A stretch of DNA of 64,000 nucleotides from Candidatus Gottesmanbacteria bacterium. GTDB lineage: Bacteria > Patescibacteriota > Microgenomatia > 2-02-FULL-39-11. This document shows, in pieces, positions 19,707-31,583 of the stretch. A model generated the notes under the pieces. The model worked only from the letters and a program-made list of their open reading frames with translations. It was not told where the DNA came from and searched no databases. Where the stretch lies: assembly GCA_016186795.1 (NCBI GenBank), contig JACPKY010000001.1, positions 129,357 to 193,356 on the forward strand, in the 5' to 3' direction. Made by a program: the position numbers and the translations under genes. Numbering within the stretch: the first letter of the stretch is position 1; each line of letters begins with the position of its first letter.

Positions 19707-20627
19707 ATGATCATTTTTCTCACCCTTCTTGCCAAAATTATTCCTCTTTACGTTGTTATCCTGATTGGATTTCTTTCTGGAAAACTTCTGAAAGTCCATA
19801 AAGAATCCCTTGCGAAAATTCTCCTTTACATCATTGTCCCTGCTGTTATGCTCCAAACTGCACTCACAACTCGTATTGCCGCAAATACGTTGAGCCTGCC
19901 GATTCTTCCATTTCTTATTGGAACTGCCTTTGCTATTTTTTTCTACCACGCAGGGAAATTTTTCTATAAAGACGCAACCCGCAATATCCTGGCATTTACA
20001 TCAGGGACTGCCAATGTGGGATATTTTGGATTGCCGGTTGCAATTTTACTTTTCCCACCTGAGGTAGTGAATTTTTACGTTCTTGCAATTCTTGGAAGCG
20101 TTGTTTATCAAAATTCTGTCGGATTTTACATAACCGCTTCAAGCCACCACAGTCCGAGAGAGGCTCTTGTCCATGTCCTAACTCTTCCAACACTTTATGC
20201 ATTTGCCCTTGGCATCGCCTTGAACCTTGGGAATTTTCCGCTTCGTCTCCCTATGGCAGAATTTTTACAAAACTTCCGAGGCGCGTATGCAGTACTTGGC
20301 ATGATGATGGTTGGTTTGGGTATTGCCGATATGAAAAGGCTTGCTTTTGATGGAAAGTTTATTTCTCTTGCTTTTTTTGCAAAATTTCTTCTGTGGCCGG
20401 CGGCAATGATAGGAATTATTTTCCTTGACCAAACGATTTTCCATTTCTTTACACCACAAATTCATCACGTACTCCTCCTCTACTCTCTCATGCCAATGGC
20501 TGCTGATACCGTCTCTGTTGCAACACTTCATCGGGCAGAACCGGAAAAGGCAGCCCTTGCCGTATTTCTCTCTACTCTTCTTGCCCTTATCTCCATTCCA
20601 CTGGTTGTAAGCCTTTTTGGGATATAA
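19707..20627 (+). CDS. AEC (auxin efflux carrier-like) family transporter
   Basis: About 10 TM; NVGYFGLPV and MPMAA motifs. Confidence 0.88.
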   Translation: MIIFLTLLAKIIPLYVVILIGFLSGKLLKVHKESLAKILLYIIVPAVMLQTALTTRIAANTLSLPILPFLIGTAFAIFFYHAGKFFYKDATRNILAFTSGTANVGYFGLPVAILLFPPEVVNFYVLAILGSVVYQNSVGFYITASSHHSPREALVHVLTLPTLYAFALGIALNLGNFPLRLPMAEFLQNFRGAYAVLGMMMVGLGIADMKRLAFDGKFISLAFFAKFLLWPAAMIGIIFLDQTIFHFFTPQIHHVLLLYSLMPMAADTVSVATLHRAEPEKAALAVFLSTLLALISIPLVVSLFGI

Positions 20628-20675
20628 ATTGTACTTGACGGTCTCAATAACAAGATCTATTAATAGATATCCCTT

Positions 20676-20900
20676 GATGAAGAAGCAGATTTCTGGTCCA
20701 ATTTGGATCTATCGGAGTATTTAGAACCTTCAGATTTTGAACGAGTAAGCTTTCCAAATCTCAAACCTACAACCATTCCTATTTCTATAAGGATTCCTAA
20801 GTATCTCCTCAATCGAGTGAAGGAAAAAGCGAATGAGTTGGCGATACCATATCAAAGCCTCATCAAGCAATATATCCAAAAGGGTGTAATGTCAAAATAA
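20676..20900 (+). pseudogene. N-terminally truncated BrnA/CopG-like antitoxin with no adjacent toxin
   Basis: DEEADFW..LDLSEY...FPNLKPTT..ISIRIP...PYQSLIK; in-frame stops just upstream and no ATG. Confidence 0.6.
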
Positions 20901-21066
20901 AAAATATAGCCAGATATATATCGATGGGATGCGAACGAAAATGAATTCGTTCGGTTCATGCAATATACATCTGGCTAAAGAATCTTTTTGGCGAGCGCTC
21001 GGTTTTACCTGATTTCTGACTTTAGGCGGTCTTGTTTCTAACCGGTTTCTTACGTTTGTGCTTGCC

Positions 21067-21585
21067 TTATGTGGGCTTGTGTCTGGATCGTTTCTCCTCT
21101 TCTTCCTTCAGTATCGCGGCATAGGTTTCTTGACACTGCTTGCATTTTTGAAGATGCTTCCATGTCTTCGGAAAGCTTTTTGCCGGGTTAGATGCGTTGA
21201 CGTACTGACGCCATCTTTCCTGGCTGGGATGCCGGACCCTAAGAAAGGAGAGATCGGGTGCTGGAAGATGAAGGACTACAGGTAGCCGACCTTCGATCTC
21301 TGCAAGGGACAAATCCAGCAGTTCTACATACATCTGGGCGCAACTTTCGCACCGATCCAGATGCTGTTTGACTGCCGGAAACATCTTTGCCACAGGATCG
21401 CCTGAAGCTTCTGCTTGAACGTAGGACGGCAATGCATTCAGGACGAATTTGTGTGAGACGGATGTTTCTTCTCCACCGAAGACAGCTAGTGCAAACCGTC
21501 TCAGTTGAGGGGGAAGTTTTTTGCCTTGCTTGCCCTTCAGCTTCTTTCGCAGTTCCGCAAGCCGCGCGTCTTGTTGCGTACTCAT
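21067..21585 (-). CDS. Protein with two HLxxCxxC (zf-HC2/anti-sigma-like) zinc-binding motifs
   Basis: HLDRCESC and HLQKCKQC; AAGGA SD before ATG 21585. Confidence 0.75.
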   Translation of the reverse strand: MSTQQDARLAELRKKLKGKQGKKLPPQLRRFALAVFGGEETSVSHKFVLNALPSYVQAEASGDPVAKMFPAVKQHLDRCESCAQMYVELLDLSLAEIEGRLPVVLHLPAPDLSFLRVRHPSQERWRQYVNASNPAKSFPKTWKHLQKCKQCQETYAAILKEEEEKRSRHKPT

Positions 21586-21714
21586 GTTTTTTTCCTTGAG
21601 CGATGGAGATTTACTCACCTCTGCATTATGCATAAGGTGAATAGACTCACCCTCAATAGTGTTCACACTTCAACCCTGCCCGATGTGCCTCTTTCGAGCG
21701 GGCTAGGTTTGACT

Positions 21715-21790
21715 ATGTGAAGGTGCTTGAACAAGCGCCGCGCCTAAGATTCGTGGAGGTATTATATATACTATAGGATAAATAAATCAA
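21715..21790 (-). promoter_or_regulatory. Sigma70 promoter plus boxA-like element
   Basis: TTGATT-18 nt-TATAAT (21761-90); GCACCTTCACAT at 21715-21726. Confidence 0.6.
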
Positions 21791-21828
21791 GGGCTATTGA
21801 CGAACTAAAAAGAGGGATTAAGTACAAA

Positions 21829-22644
21829 TTAATTCTTAGAAAATGATTTTGAAGGAGGTGGTGGATTCCTCCAGGCAGGAGGATTTGCATTTTTAGGATA
21901 TTTGACAATTCTACGTGCTTTTTGTTCAGCTTCTAAAGAATATTCCTGCACTGTGTATCGGTGATTTGGCCTTTGCTCTAAATAGTCAACAAAATCTCTG
22001 GAAATTCGTTCTCGGTCTTGTTCAGTAAGTCTTTCTCCTTCAGGACCAAATTCATCCATAATACTTAATAACGAGTGAGCTTTTTTAACTACGTGACTGG
22101 TCATGCTAAAGGAATCAATTTCTACTTGACTTTGCATAATATCAATTCCAAATTCTTCCAGCAAAAGAATGATACCTAAATCTTGCTGTTTTACACGGTC
22201 GGTTGGCGCTTTATAATAACAATTTCCCTTGCGATCAATTGCCACAAATAAATCATCCTGTTGTTTGGAATATAAAATACGCACTACCATTAGATCGCCT
22301 GAAGACTTCTCACCTGCAATTTTCATCTCATCAACAAAAGAAACATCATAAAACATTTCATAATCCGGAATTTTATCCTCATCCTGGGGATCTAAAGGAG
22401 TCCCAGATATCTCATGATCAATCACTCTTTCTAAACCAGGTGGAATCGGAGTTGGTTTGCCATCCTTCCAGCCCTCCACGGATATAAGAAAATGGCTGGG
22501 GGCAGCAGGATCAACATTTAACTGATTAATTATTAATGTCTCAAATGCACCACGCATAAGGCTGGGACTTAAATATCCGCCTACTTTATCTTTTTTATAC
22601 CCGGAAAATTCCTGTATATTGGCTTCAGGAGGAGTTTCTATCAT
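21829..22644 (-). CDS. Hypothetical protein
   Basis: 271-aa ORF with no recognisable motif. Confidence 0.7.
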   Translation of the reverse strand: MIETPPEANIQEFSGYKKDKVGGYLSPSLMRGAFETLIINQLNVDPAAPSHFLISVEGWKDGKPTPIPPGLERVIDHEISGTPLDPQDEDKIPDYEMFYDVSFVDEMKIAGEKSSGDLMVVRILYSKQQDDLFVAIDRKGNCYYKAPTDRVKQQDLGIILLLEEFGIDIMQSQVEIDSFSMTSHVVKKAHSLLSIMDEFGPEGERLTEQDRERISRDFVDYLEQRPNHRYTVQEYSLEAEQKARRIVKYPKNANPPAWRNPPPPSKSFSKN

Positions 22645-22716
22645 TTTGTTCTCATGATAGCATATTATTTCTTATAAGTTGACTTCATAACCTAGCATGT
22701 TATACTATATCACTCT

Positions 22717-23088
22717 ATGTCTTTAAATATCCGGGAAATTTTCCAAAAACACGAATACGCAACTTTTCTTGTCGGCGGAATTGTAGGTTTTATCCTTCTT
22801 CTGATTGGACTCGGAGTAAGAAATATTACCGGCGGATCAAGTGCCACGCCAACACCAACTTTGACTCCTACTCAAACTCCAGCACCAACACAGATCCCTT
22901 CTCCAACTATTGGGAAAGAACCAACGGCAAAACCAACGGTCAAAACTCCAACCAAAACGCCAACGCCTTCATCTGGACCAACATCAAGTCAATCACCTTC
23001 GGCAACACCAACTACTGCACCCACAAATACCCCAGCTGCGACAAACACGCCAACAACAGCTCCACCAAGCGCAACTCCTACTTCTTAA
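22717..23088 (+). CDS. Membrane-anchored Pro/Thr-rich small protein
   Basis: One TM then TPTP low-complexity tail. Confidence 0.8.
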   Translation: MSLNIREIFQKHEYATFLVGGIVGFILLLIGLGVRNITGGSSATPTPTLTPTQTPAPTQIPSPTIGKEPTAKPTVKTPTKTPTPSSGPTSSQSPSATPTTAPTNTPAATNTPTTAPPSATPTS

Positions 23089-23089
23089 A

Positions 23090-23761
23090 TTATTCTGAAA
23101 CTGTGGGGGTAATTTCTCCAGTCGGAGAAATTGTCTCTACTACTGTGGGAGATATCTCGACAGAAGTCGGTTCTTGAGGAGTATGAGTCCCGGTTGGCAC
23201 TGAATCTATAATTGCCGAATGCCCATCTTCTTTCAACTCGCCGTTTACTCCATCGACAAAAATAACTTGAGATTCTGAAATGACAATTGATACGTCACTT
23301 TTTGCCTCTTTAATAATCTCAAATGAGAATGATGGAAGATTGACAACTCCTTGAGGAGCTGAATTTTCCGATTCTGCCCCATACAGTATTTTAAAACTCC
23401 CCTGATTATTGGCTTTCTCAGAATCTGTACCTTTCAAGAAACTCATACCATCTGCTTTTTTGGACGGATCGATTGATTGCAGTTTTAAATGACTTGAATC
23501 AAACCGGATACTTAAAAGTACTGAGGCAATTTTTCTATTTCCAATTCCAACAATTTTAGCGGCAACCGAAATTCTTTCTTCGACACTTCCCTTTTGCGAT
23601 TTAGGAAAAAGAGAAAGTTTTATTTCCCGATCGGAAACTGTTGCTTGAGTACGAGTTTCCTGTTTTTGTGTGGAGATATTTTGAGATAAAAAGACTGTAA
23701 GAACAGCAAGAACCGCTGTTGCGGCGATAATCGATCCAACATATATTTTTTTCTTACTCAT
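23090..23761 (-). CDS. Membrane-anchored cohesin-like domain protein
   Basis: N-terminal TM; beta-sandwich pattern ISV...I.SV.LSIRFDSSHLKLQSI...G..NL..FSFE; Pro/Thr tail. Confidence 0.65.
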   Translation of the reverse strand: MSKKKIYVGSIIAATAVLAVLTVFLSQNISTQKQETRTQATVSDREIKLSLFPKSQKGSVEERISVAAKIVGIGNRKIASVLLSIRFDSSHLKLQSIDPSKKADGMSFLKGTDSEKANNQGSFKILYGAESENSAPQGVVNLPSFSFEIIKEAKSDVSIVISESQVIFVDGVNGELKEDGHSAIIDSVPTGTHTPQEPTSVEISPTVVETISPTGEITPTVSE

Positions 23762-26700
23762 TAGAACTCCATTGCGTCCAAAAGAATCTTCAAATCATTC
23801 TGATCAACTTTCCCATCTCCGTTGAAGTCTCCATCTTGATGGCCACGGGTTGTCGTCCTACCGTTATTTCTTAACCAGATAGTATAGTCTACTCCATCAA
23901 CCCGATTATCACCATTCGCATCACCCAAGACTTGTGGTTTCGGGGTGGATGTTGCGGAAGGAATACCCTGAGAACGAACTGTTGGAGAAGGAATAACCGT
24001 TGGTATGCGAGTCGGGGTTGGCGATGCGACCGAACTCTCCGGTAGGAAAGTACTGCCAGCTGATGACCCTCGCTTTATATAAAACCATAGATGTGTCCCT
24101 TGCAAAGTATTCTCTGGACTATTGAGATAGTTTTTGTCGTTTATCGCAACAAAGATATTTGGTTGACAGGTGCCATCAGTTTTCCCATTCCCTGCTCTAT
24201 TTGGATACTCTTTCTTGGGATAGCGGACAACCCACCCAGTACAAACAAATCCATTCGGAGGTGTAAAGGTGATGGATACCCGTCCAGGATTTTTCTCATC
24301 AATTCGGAAGTACTCGGTCTTGTAGACCATATCAGACCGTGGTAAGAATCGTGTTTGAGGCTTTTGACAAATCCACTCGCTATTTCTCGTTCCACCCAAT
24401 TGGTAACTTACCTGAAGATCCTGAGATTGAGAAACTCCAGTGCATACTGGCGGCCGGTGACCCCAGAAAATAATATCTTGAAATGATGAAACTCCGCTTT
24501 CTGTCAAGGACTCATTTACAATAGTATTGGTATCGATAATTCTTCGCGTTTCCCGTATCTTCCCAACGACCGATCCCAAAGCAACTAGAGATGGTGAGGG
24601 AGTCGGCGTGCGTGTCACTGTTGGGGTGGGTGTTTTTGTTGCCGTCGGTGTTGGTGTCCGAGTCGCAGTAGGAGTGGCCGTTGGCGTGGGAGTTCTGGTT
24701 GGAGTTGGTGTTGCAGTAAGAGACGGTGTCGGAGTTCTAGTTGGAGTTACCGTTGGGGTGGGAGTACGTGTAGGTGTAGGACTCGGTGTTTTTGTCGGAG
24801 TTATTGTTACGGTAGGAGTTGCGGTTGCCGTCGGTGTTGGCGTACGAGTGGATGTCGGCGTAGGCGTACGAGTAGGAGTTGGTGTCCTTGTAGGTGTAGC
24901 AGTTGGCGAAGAAGTCACAGTAAGAAATGGCGTCGGAGTTCTGGTTGGGGTTGGAGTGCTTGAGGGAGTAACTGATGGAGCTATAGAAGGACTGCAGGTA
25001 CATAAACTATCATCTGGACATACATTATTTCTGCACTGCAAAACAAATGGGTCACAATAGAAAGATGTGCATTCACTATCGCTTGTGCAATAATTATTGC
25101 ACGAAAGATTTGTTACTGGAGATGGTGTCGGAGTAAGTGTTGGAGGCGAAACAAAAATCACGGTAACGGGAATAGAGGTAATAGCGCTATTTTGCCCAAG
25201 TCGAGCGATCACAAAAATATCGCCATTACCAGATTCCTGTGGAATAAATGATGTCAGATCACCACTTGTCCTGGTAAGGGTGCCAATGGCAAAGGGCTCT
25301 CTCGAACTTATCCCCCACTCATAGGTAACGCCTGAAAAGATCGGTTGAGAATTTATGTCATAGGCAAGAGCAGAAATATTTACAGGACTTCCTCCAAGAT
25401 CAACAGAAATAATCTCCGGATTAACTCTGACATATGCAAGCGTTTGACTAGGTGCTGGAGTCGGTGTAGGTGTTTTTGTGCTGGTTGGAGTAGGTGTTTT
25501 TGTAGGAGTTGGAGTCCTAGTAGGTGTAGTAGTCTGGGTTGGAGTACGCGTCACTGTTGGGGTGGGTGTTTTTGTTGGGGTTGGAGTTTTGGTTGGTGTT
25601 AAGGTATGAGTCGGAGTTATTGTCAATGTTGGACTTGTCGAAATTGACGGTATTGGTGTGAATGTGGGATACGCTGTCACAAAGGGAATTATCAACACTT
25701 GCGCGGTTGTCATGTAGTACCACCAGTTATTTTTGTGGCCTAAACTATCAACTCCGGATACATGAGGAACATGTGAGAACATCCATCGTAGATAATTGTA
25801 TTCACTATTTTCCGGACATCCCCATGTTTGACAATTTATATTTTGAGCTTCTTGAGACAGATTTGGATAAGAGGTAAAACTCTCACATTGCGAAGGTACT
25901 GTTTGACTATTTGCGTAATCATAATCAATATCGGCATTGGCAGGATTATGAGTGTCTCCACAGCCAAACACCGATTGACTGGAATAATTGTGTTTGTTTG
26001 AGCGGAAATCTCCCCAACTTATGCCATAGCTATTTCTTGTGTATCCGATATACCTATCAAAGATAGCTTCAGCTCTATGACCCATATCATGAAGCATGGA
26101 ATCCATCCCTCGTTCATAATTAAAGCCCATGATGTGAATTGGTCTTTGACAATTTACATTGGAAACGACTGGACCATTGGTCCAAAATGCTCCAGTACCG
26201 GCCATATTTGCTTCAAAGAAACCAGTTCGAGGCGGTCCAGTGATCCAAAGCTCATCTATCTCTCCCCGATTTACCATCTCGCAAATATTTTGTTCCAGTA
26301 AAATTTTAGTGTAATTGGCAAAATCATTACTTGGTGGCTCATTGCATGGACCTTTCCCTTCCAAACAAGCAAATAATGTTTCACCTGTATAGTCAAATCC
26401 ATTTTGTTTTTCCGGCATATCATCAAGTTCTCTTATTCCAACAATTTGATATTTCACCCGACCATGACTTACTTCCTCCAATTCGCGAGCATACTGATCT
26501 ATCTGTTCATACGGATTATTCCAATTGTAATAATCAATAAGAGATCCGTTATTTAGGGATGGAACTTTTGGGTTATAGATAAGGGCAAATACTCGCGGGA
26601 AAACATATTCTTGTTGCCCAGTTGGGGTAGGAGAAAGGAAGGGAGTCGGTGTAGATGATATCAAAGGATTTTGAGTCGGTGTTGGTGTTCTTGTAGGAGT

Positions 26701-28908
26701 AGGCGTTCGAGTCGGCGTCACTGTTGGTGTATTTGTGGGAATACAACTGGCTGGCGCAATAGTAGGTGTAGCACCGGCTTGTGTCGTCTCTATATAGGGT
26801 GTAAAGTGGAAATCGACTATATCTGCACCCCAACTCGTCCCGCTATTGTTGGATGTAAATGGTTGCCCGGACGGATTGGCATAACAGCTGCTACTATTTG
26901 AAAACTGCCATGAGTAGGATCCACCGGTATTGGAAAGAATAAGAGCGTAAAGTTGGCCTTGCTGTATAGAAACTGCGGGAGAAAACGTAAATATATTTCC
27001 GCAAAGAACATTTGTGGATGCTATATCTGCCCCTGTTGGATATCCATTGAGAGTTGCACGAAGATGAAGGGTCGTCGTACCAGCGCCTCTAGTGCCGGCA
27101 ATAGCAACATGTGTGAGAAACCCGGATTTGGTTGGAACAAACGTTTGCGCCTTCCAGACAGTATTTGTTACTTGTGTTGTAGATGTGGAAACTGATGAGC
27201 ATGCCTGATCTTGAAATGTATATGAACTGCCAGTTGGGACAACTGAAGCAGTCGGAGTAGGTGTACGAGTTGGAGTGGGAGTTCTAGTAAGAGTAGGAGT
27301 AGGGGTAAAGGTAAGAGTAGGAGTACTAGTGGGATTTGGGCTAACTGTATTGGTAGGTGGCGCAATGGCGGAAATGGCAGCATTGGCATTTACTTTTCCT
27401 TTTGACCAATATGTTCCTGTACCCAATATTGAATCTGCTGTATTTTCCAAAACATCCCTAACTCCTTGATTGGAAAAATTTGGGGAAAGATGCCAAATGA
27501 GTGCGGCAATCGCTGAAACAAAAGGTGTGGACTGAGATGTCCCGGCTGCCCATGCATAAGATTCAGCATACAAAGGGTCATAGTTTGTAGAAAAAATACA
27601 GTCAATATAATTATCTATAGTACAATCGCCCCCAGGAGCTGCTACATCAACCCAAGATGCGCTATATTCAGAATATGATGCTTTCTGCCCATTTCTATCC
27701 GTTGCTGCAACAGCAATCACTTGGGAATAGGCTGCAGGATACATTACAGGATTTGTTGAGTCACAATTGGGATGATCGGAAGGATTTCCACAGTTTCCCG
27801 CTGCTGCAACAAGCAAGAATCCGGCATTCCAAGCACGCCCAATAGCACTTTGTATTGAAACTGATGGATATTCTCCCGCAAGACTCATATTGATAACAAC
27901 TTTTTTCCCTGAGTAAGCTGATATAACTTGATCAATCCCGGCAACCAATGATGAGGTAAAAACCGAACCGTATTGATTGGCAACTTTTACTGAAACCAGT
28001 TTTGTCTCAAAACCTGTTCCGGCAATACCAATTCCATTATCGGTCAGAGCAGCCGCAATTCCTGCAACGTGCGTCCCATGCCATAAATCGTCGCCACCGC
28101 CTGAAACACACGGTAAAGAAATACAGTTATACCAGGCAAGAACCTTCGAAGATATATCCGGATGAACCGTACTTATGCCCGAATCCAGAACTGCAATTAA
28201 AACGTTGCCCGAACTATCTCCCCGCGTTTTATCCCAAGCATTAAAGGCAGAAATATCTGGAAGTGCCCATTGGTATGAATTTATAAACTCATCATTGGGT
28301 AAATAGGATGTATGAAGAATGTAGTCTGGTTCAGCATACTCAACCTCGGGAAGAGTTTTATAGTCAGCAATTACTTGAGAGATATCAACGTCTTGAGAAA
28401 GTGGTTGTTTTGCGATAACGAGCTCTTCTCCTTGCAATGCCGATTCGATCAGTGAATTTCTTTCTTCAACTTTGGTGATTGCCGCAATTTTTTCTTCCGG
28501 AAGCTTCCCGCCTGTTAAACGTGTGCCAAAATCAGTAAGTTCCTGAATTGCTGCGCCAAGGAGAGTACTTCTGGTATTTTCTCTTTGAGAAGCAATTCGA
28601 TGTAAAGCAGAAAGCGACTGGCCTGATTTGTATTTTACAATTACTCGATCAGTGGCATAGGGAATACCTCCAGTTTCGGAACTTGCCGAATGAAAAAATC
28701 CACCTTCAGGAATTTGTTGTGAAGGTGGCAGGGGTTTTTTAGGTTTAGAAGTCGGTTTTGCTTTGGCTGGTGGTCTAACTGTTGGTTTTGAGGTAGGTGC
28801 TTTCGATGGCGAGGGATTTTGTGCAGAGACTTCTGATGTATAAAAATTTAACAGGATTCCCGCACTTACAACAAGAACTATGCCGAAAATCCAAGGCAGT
28901 TTCCGCAT
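23761..28908 (-). CDS. Multidomain S8 subtilase surface protein with Pro-Thr linkers and C-terminal dockerin-like domain
   Basis: VLDSG / HGTHVAG / GTSQSTP triad; [14 protein letters not shown]...[14 protein letters not shown] dockerin repeat. Confidence 0.9.
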   Translation of the reverse strand: MRKLPWIFGIVLVVSAGILLNFYTSEVSAQNPSPSKAPTSKPTVRPPAKAKPTSKPKKPLPPSQQIPEGGFFHSASSETGGIPYATDRVIVKYKSGQSLSALHRIASQRENTRSTLLGAAIQELTDFGTRLTGGKLPEEKIAAITKVEERNSLIESALQGEELVIAKQPLSQDVDISQVIADYKTLPEVEYAEPDYILHTSYLPNDEFINSYQWALPDISAFNAWDKTRGDSSGNVLIAVLDSGISTVHPDISSKVLAWYNCISLPCVSGGGDDLWHGTHVAGIAAALTDNGIGIAGTGFETKLVSVKVANQYGSVFTSSLVAGIDQVISAYSGKKVVINMSLAGEYPSVSIQSAIGRAWNAGFLLVAAAGNCGNPSDHPNCDSTNPVMYPAAYSQVIAVAATDRNGQKASYSEYSASWVDVAAPGGDCTIDNYIDCIFSTNYDPLYAESYAWAAGTSQSTPFVSAIAALIWHLSPNFSNQGVRDVLENTADSILGTGTYWSKGKVNANAAISAIAPPTNTVSPNPTSTPTLTFTPTPTLTRTPTPTRTPTPTASVVPTGSSYTFQDQACSSVSTSTTQVTNTVWKAQTFVPTKSGFLTHVAIAGTRGAGTTTLHLRATLNGYPTGADIASTNVLCGNIFTFSPAVSIQQGQLYALILSNTGGSYSWQFSNSSSCYANPSGQPFTSNNSGTSWGADIVDFHFTPYIETTQAGATPTIAPASCIPTNTPTVTPTRTPTPTRTPTPTQNPLISSTPTPFLSPTPTGQQEYVFPRVFALIYNPKVPSLNNGSLIDYYNWNNPYEQIDQYARELEEVSHGRVKYQIVGIRELDDMPEKQNGFDYTGETLFACLEGKGPCNEPPSNDFANYTKILLEQNICEMVNRGEIDELWITGPPRTGFFEANMAGTGAFWTNGPVVSNVNCQRPIHIMGFNYERGMDSMLHDMGHRAEAIFDRYIGYTRNSYGISWGDFRSNKHNYSSQSVFGCGDTHNPANADIDYDYANSQTVPSQCESFTSYPNLSQEAQNINCQTWGCPENSEYNYLRWMFSHVPHVSGVDSLGHKNNWWYYMTTAQVLIIPFVTAYPTFTPIPSISTSPTLTITPTHTLTPTKTPTPTKTPTPTVTRTPTQTTTPTRTPTPTKTPTPTSTKTPTPTPAPSQTLAYVRVNPEIISVDLGGSPVNISALAYDINSQPIFSGVTYEWGISSREPFAIGTLTRTSGDLTSFIPQESGNGDIFVIARLGQNSAITSIPVTVIFVSPPTLTPTPSPVTNLSCNNYCTSDSECTSFYCDPFVLQCRNNVCPDDSLCTCSPSIAPSVTPSSTPTPTRTPTPFLTVTSSPTATPTRTPTPTRTPTPTSTRTPTPTATATPTVTITPTKTPSPTPTRTPTPTVTPTRTPTPSLTATPTPTRTPTPTATPTATRTPTPTATKTPTPTVTRTPTPSPSLVALGSVVGKIRETRRIIDTNTIVNESLTESGVSSFQDIIFWGHRPPVCTGVSQSQDLQVSYQLGGTRNSEWICQKPQTRFLPRSDMVYKTEYFRIDEKNPGRVSITFTPPNGFVCTGWVVRYPKKEYPNRAGNGKTDGTCQPNIFVAINDKNYLNSPENTLQGTHLWFYIKRGSSAGSTFLPESSVASPTPTRIPTVIPSPTVRSQGIPSATSTPKPQVLGDANGDNRVDGVDYTIWLRNNGRTTTRGHQDGDFNGDGKVDQNDLKILLDAMEF

Positions 28909-28969
28909 AGTTCTACTTTGATACACTTACAAGGGGAAGTCAAGGAGAGTATTTCACATGTGAAATACT

Positions 28970-30940
28970 TCACATTCTTTCGACTGTTTCGATTCCGAGA
29001 AGATATAATCCCTTATTAAGAATGTGGGCAGTTGCGGTTGTTAGGAAAAGACGAAATTCTGTGCTAGTGGATCCGCTCTTATTACCAGAACCAAGAATGG
29101 AATGTTTATTGTAAAAGACATTGAATTTTCCGGCTATTTGAAATAAATATGAACACAAAAGGTTTGGTGAAAGAGTCTCTGCGCTCCCAAGGACAACTTC
29201 GGGGAAACGGTAAAGAGTACGAAGAAGAACTTCTTCTTCTGTGTTTAATTCCAGAGAAGATAGTTTCAGAGAGCTTTCGTCAATTTGCGACTTTGATTTA
29301 TTGGCACTTTTCCACTTGCGAAGGACACTTTTGCACCGGGCGTAGGTGTAGAGAAGGTAGGGACCAGAATCACCATCAAGTGAGACTGATTCCTCAAGAT
29401 CAAAGGCAATATCGATCTTGGGATTGACCCGAAGCATCGAATATTTCACCGCCGCGACCGAAACTTTTTCTGAAATATCTGCTTTGTTTCCTTCTCCTTT
29501 TCCAATTTTGGATTTCTCCATAATTTTCAATATCTTCTCTTTTGCTTCATCGAAAAGAGAGTCTGCAGTAATTACCTGACCGGTGCGAGATGACATTTTG
29601 CCGGATTTCAGGTGAACCATACCATAAGCTAAATGAAAATGCTTGCCTTTGTGACGAGGGAAAAGTATCTCGGTTGCTTTGTATCCGATTTGGAAAAAAT
29701 TACTCTGCTCATTGGCGACGTTATTTATAGAAAGATCATAGGGAAAGGTATTATATTCAAGCTCTTCCAAAGCTACTTCTTTCCCTTCGTAGGTGGCATA
29801 ATTTTCGGAAGTGACAAACACGCAGTTATTCAACCCGTACTTTTTACCAGGAAAGTAAATTGATCCGTCCTTATCTTTGATAAAAATCCCACTCTTTACA
29901 GCCTCAATTACAAGTTCCCTCCCTTGCCTTTCTACTTCACTTTCAAAAAAGAGACGGTCAAAGTAGGTGCCAACTCTTTTATATATCGAGTCAAAGTACT
30001 CTAAACTCCAGCCGCGAGTTTCCTCCCAGAGGGCAACACTTTTTGGATCTTCATAAATGGCTTTATTCATACCAATGATCTCTTTCTGAACCTTCTTGTC
30101 TTTTTCATATGCTTGACTCCCCTGCGCATACGCCCGACCCAAGAATTTTGCCTTTTCACGGGGTGTGAAACGGCGAATATGATCTAATTCAATCTTTTCA
30201 CGCTCAAGAATCTTTTTAACGCCCCAGATTGCTTTGGCAACATGAAGGCCAACATCTCCTTCATAGTTTGCCCTAAATACTTCTGTTCCAACCGCTTCCA
30301 GTATCCGAACCAGTGATTCGCCAATACTGATGTTTCTGAGATGCCCGATATGGAACTCTTTCAGAGTATTGGGATGGGCAAATTCAAGAAAAATCTTCTT
30401 GCCTTCTAACACGTGAGCAAGCGGTATCGTGGTAAATTTGGTTGATTTATCAGCCTTTTTGTAATTTAGCAGTTGAGAAATTAGAGTGATAAATACCTCT
30501 TTGCGGATCCAGAGGTTAATGAATCCCGGGCCCGCCACATCGGCCTTTTCCAATATATCCCTATATGTCAGTTTTCCCCCATTTTTCCCATTTTCCATAC
30601 CTTGGAGATGAACACTATCAGATATAAATGATGTCGTTTGATTTGTTTTGATATATTTATTGACCTGATCTGAGATTTGTTTTGCTAATTCAAGAGGACT
30701 CTTCTTCAAAACTCCGGCCAGTCGGAAGGCTACGTTTGTTGAATAATCCCCATAGTGGAAACTACCGGGATGCTCAAGGTGAATTGAAAAACTCTTCACT
30801 TTGGATAAATTTTCTGGGAAGGCCGTCACAACAACCTGTTTTACCATATCTCCAAGCAGAGCAACGTATGATGGTTCTTTTTCCCAATCAAGATTGGTAA
30901 AAAGCTTTGGTCTATCTAAAGGTGATTTTTGATCCTTCAT
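28970..30940 (-). CDS. argS: Arginyl-tRNA synthetase
   Basis: GDYSTN, PGFIN, HPNT.KEFHIGH, KMSSRTG, GPYLLYTYAR. Confidence 0.96.
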   Translation of the reverse strand: MKDQKSPLDRPKLFTNLDWEKEPSYVALLGDMVKQVVVTAFPENLSKVKSFSIHLEHPGSFHYGDYSTNVAFRLAGVLKKSPLELAKQISDQVNKYIKTNQTTSFISDSVHLQGMENGKNGGKLTYRDILEKADVAGPGFINLWIRKEVFITLISQLLNYKKADKSTKFTTIPLAHVLEGKKIFLEFAHPNTLKEFHIGHLRNISIGESLVRILEAVGTEVFRANYEGDVGLHVAKAIWGVKKILEREKIELDHIRRFTPREKAKFLGRAYAQGSQAYEKDKKVQKEIIGMNKAIYEDPKSVALWEETRGWSLEYFDSIYKRVGTYFDRLFFESEVERQGRELVIEAVKSGIFIKDKDGSIYFPGKKYGLNNCVFVTSENYATYEGKEVALEELEYNTFPYDLSINNVANEQSNFFQIGYKATEILFPRHKGKHFHLAYGMVHLKSGKMSSRTGQVITADSLFDEAKEKILKIMEKSKIGKGEGNKADISEKVSVAAVKYSMLRVNPKIDIAFDLEESVSLDGDSGPYLLYTYARCKSVLRKWKSANKSKSQIDESSLKLSSLELNTEEEVLLRTLYRFPEVVLGSAETLSPNLLCSYLFQIAGKFNVFYNKHSILGSGNKSGSTSTEFRLFLTTATAHILNKGLYLLGIETVERM

Positions 30941-30955
30941 ATCGGGTTTATTTTA

Positions 30956-31582
30956 TCATAGGCCCTCTACCTCAGCCACCACTCTTACCGGAACACCATC
31001 AGTAGGAGTAGATAAAGGAAAAGCAAAGACACGGAATACTTTGTGGGTAAGTCTATCGAAATTTGTCAGATTTTCCATAATAGGAATCCCTGCTCCTAGA
31101 ATGATCTTGTGAATGGGAAATGGATCTTTATCTGGACTTGGTGAGTCAATCCCGACCATCTTCACCCGTGCCTGAGTTAGTCCTTTTGCAAAACCTTCTG
31201 AAAGAACTGAATACGAGGAAAAATAATCTTTCCTTTTCCAGTTCTTGCTATAGTCTGTCCGGATCAAAACAACTGTATCATTATATTTAGTAATATGATC
31301 TTTTATTTCGGAATGTATCGGATTTTGTCCTCGACAATCTAGGACAATTCCCTTTCCGGAAAATGTAGTTAGAGGTAACTCTGATAATGATTTTCCACCA
31401 GGAATAAAGTGTGATGGAGCATCCATATGAGTCCCTGTGTGACCGACAAAACTGTAGGAATGAACTGAACAGCCGTCTTTTGCAATCGTAAAAATCTTCT
31501 TAATTTGAGGAGAAGGATCACCCGGAAAAACGGGAAGATTTGATGTAAATGGGAGAGATAAATCTATATACTTATATCTCAT
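30956..31582 (-). CDS. Cyclase/kynurenine formamidase family metal-dependent hydrolase
   Basis: PVFPGDP, HTGTHMDAPSHF, VGIDSPSPD, ENL. Confidence 0.9.
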   Translation of the reverse strand: MRYKYIDLSLPFTSNLPVFPGDPSPQIKKIFTIAKDGCSVHSYSFVGHTGTHMDAPSHFIPGGKSLSELPLTTFSGKGIVLDCRGQNPIHSEIKDHITKYNDTVVLIRTDYSKNWKRKDYFSSYSVLSEGFAKGLTQARVKMVGIDSPSPDKDPFPIHKIILGAGIPIMENLTNFDRLTHKVFRVFAFPLSTPTDGVPVRVVAEVEGL

Positions 31583-31583
31583 A

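Noticed and set aside
24527-25060. VGVGV-rich + strand ORF
   Set aside because: Antisense shadow of the Pro-Thr linker of the S8 protein.
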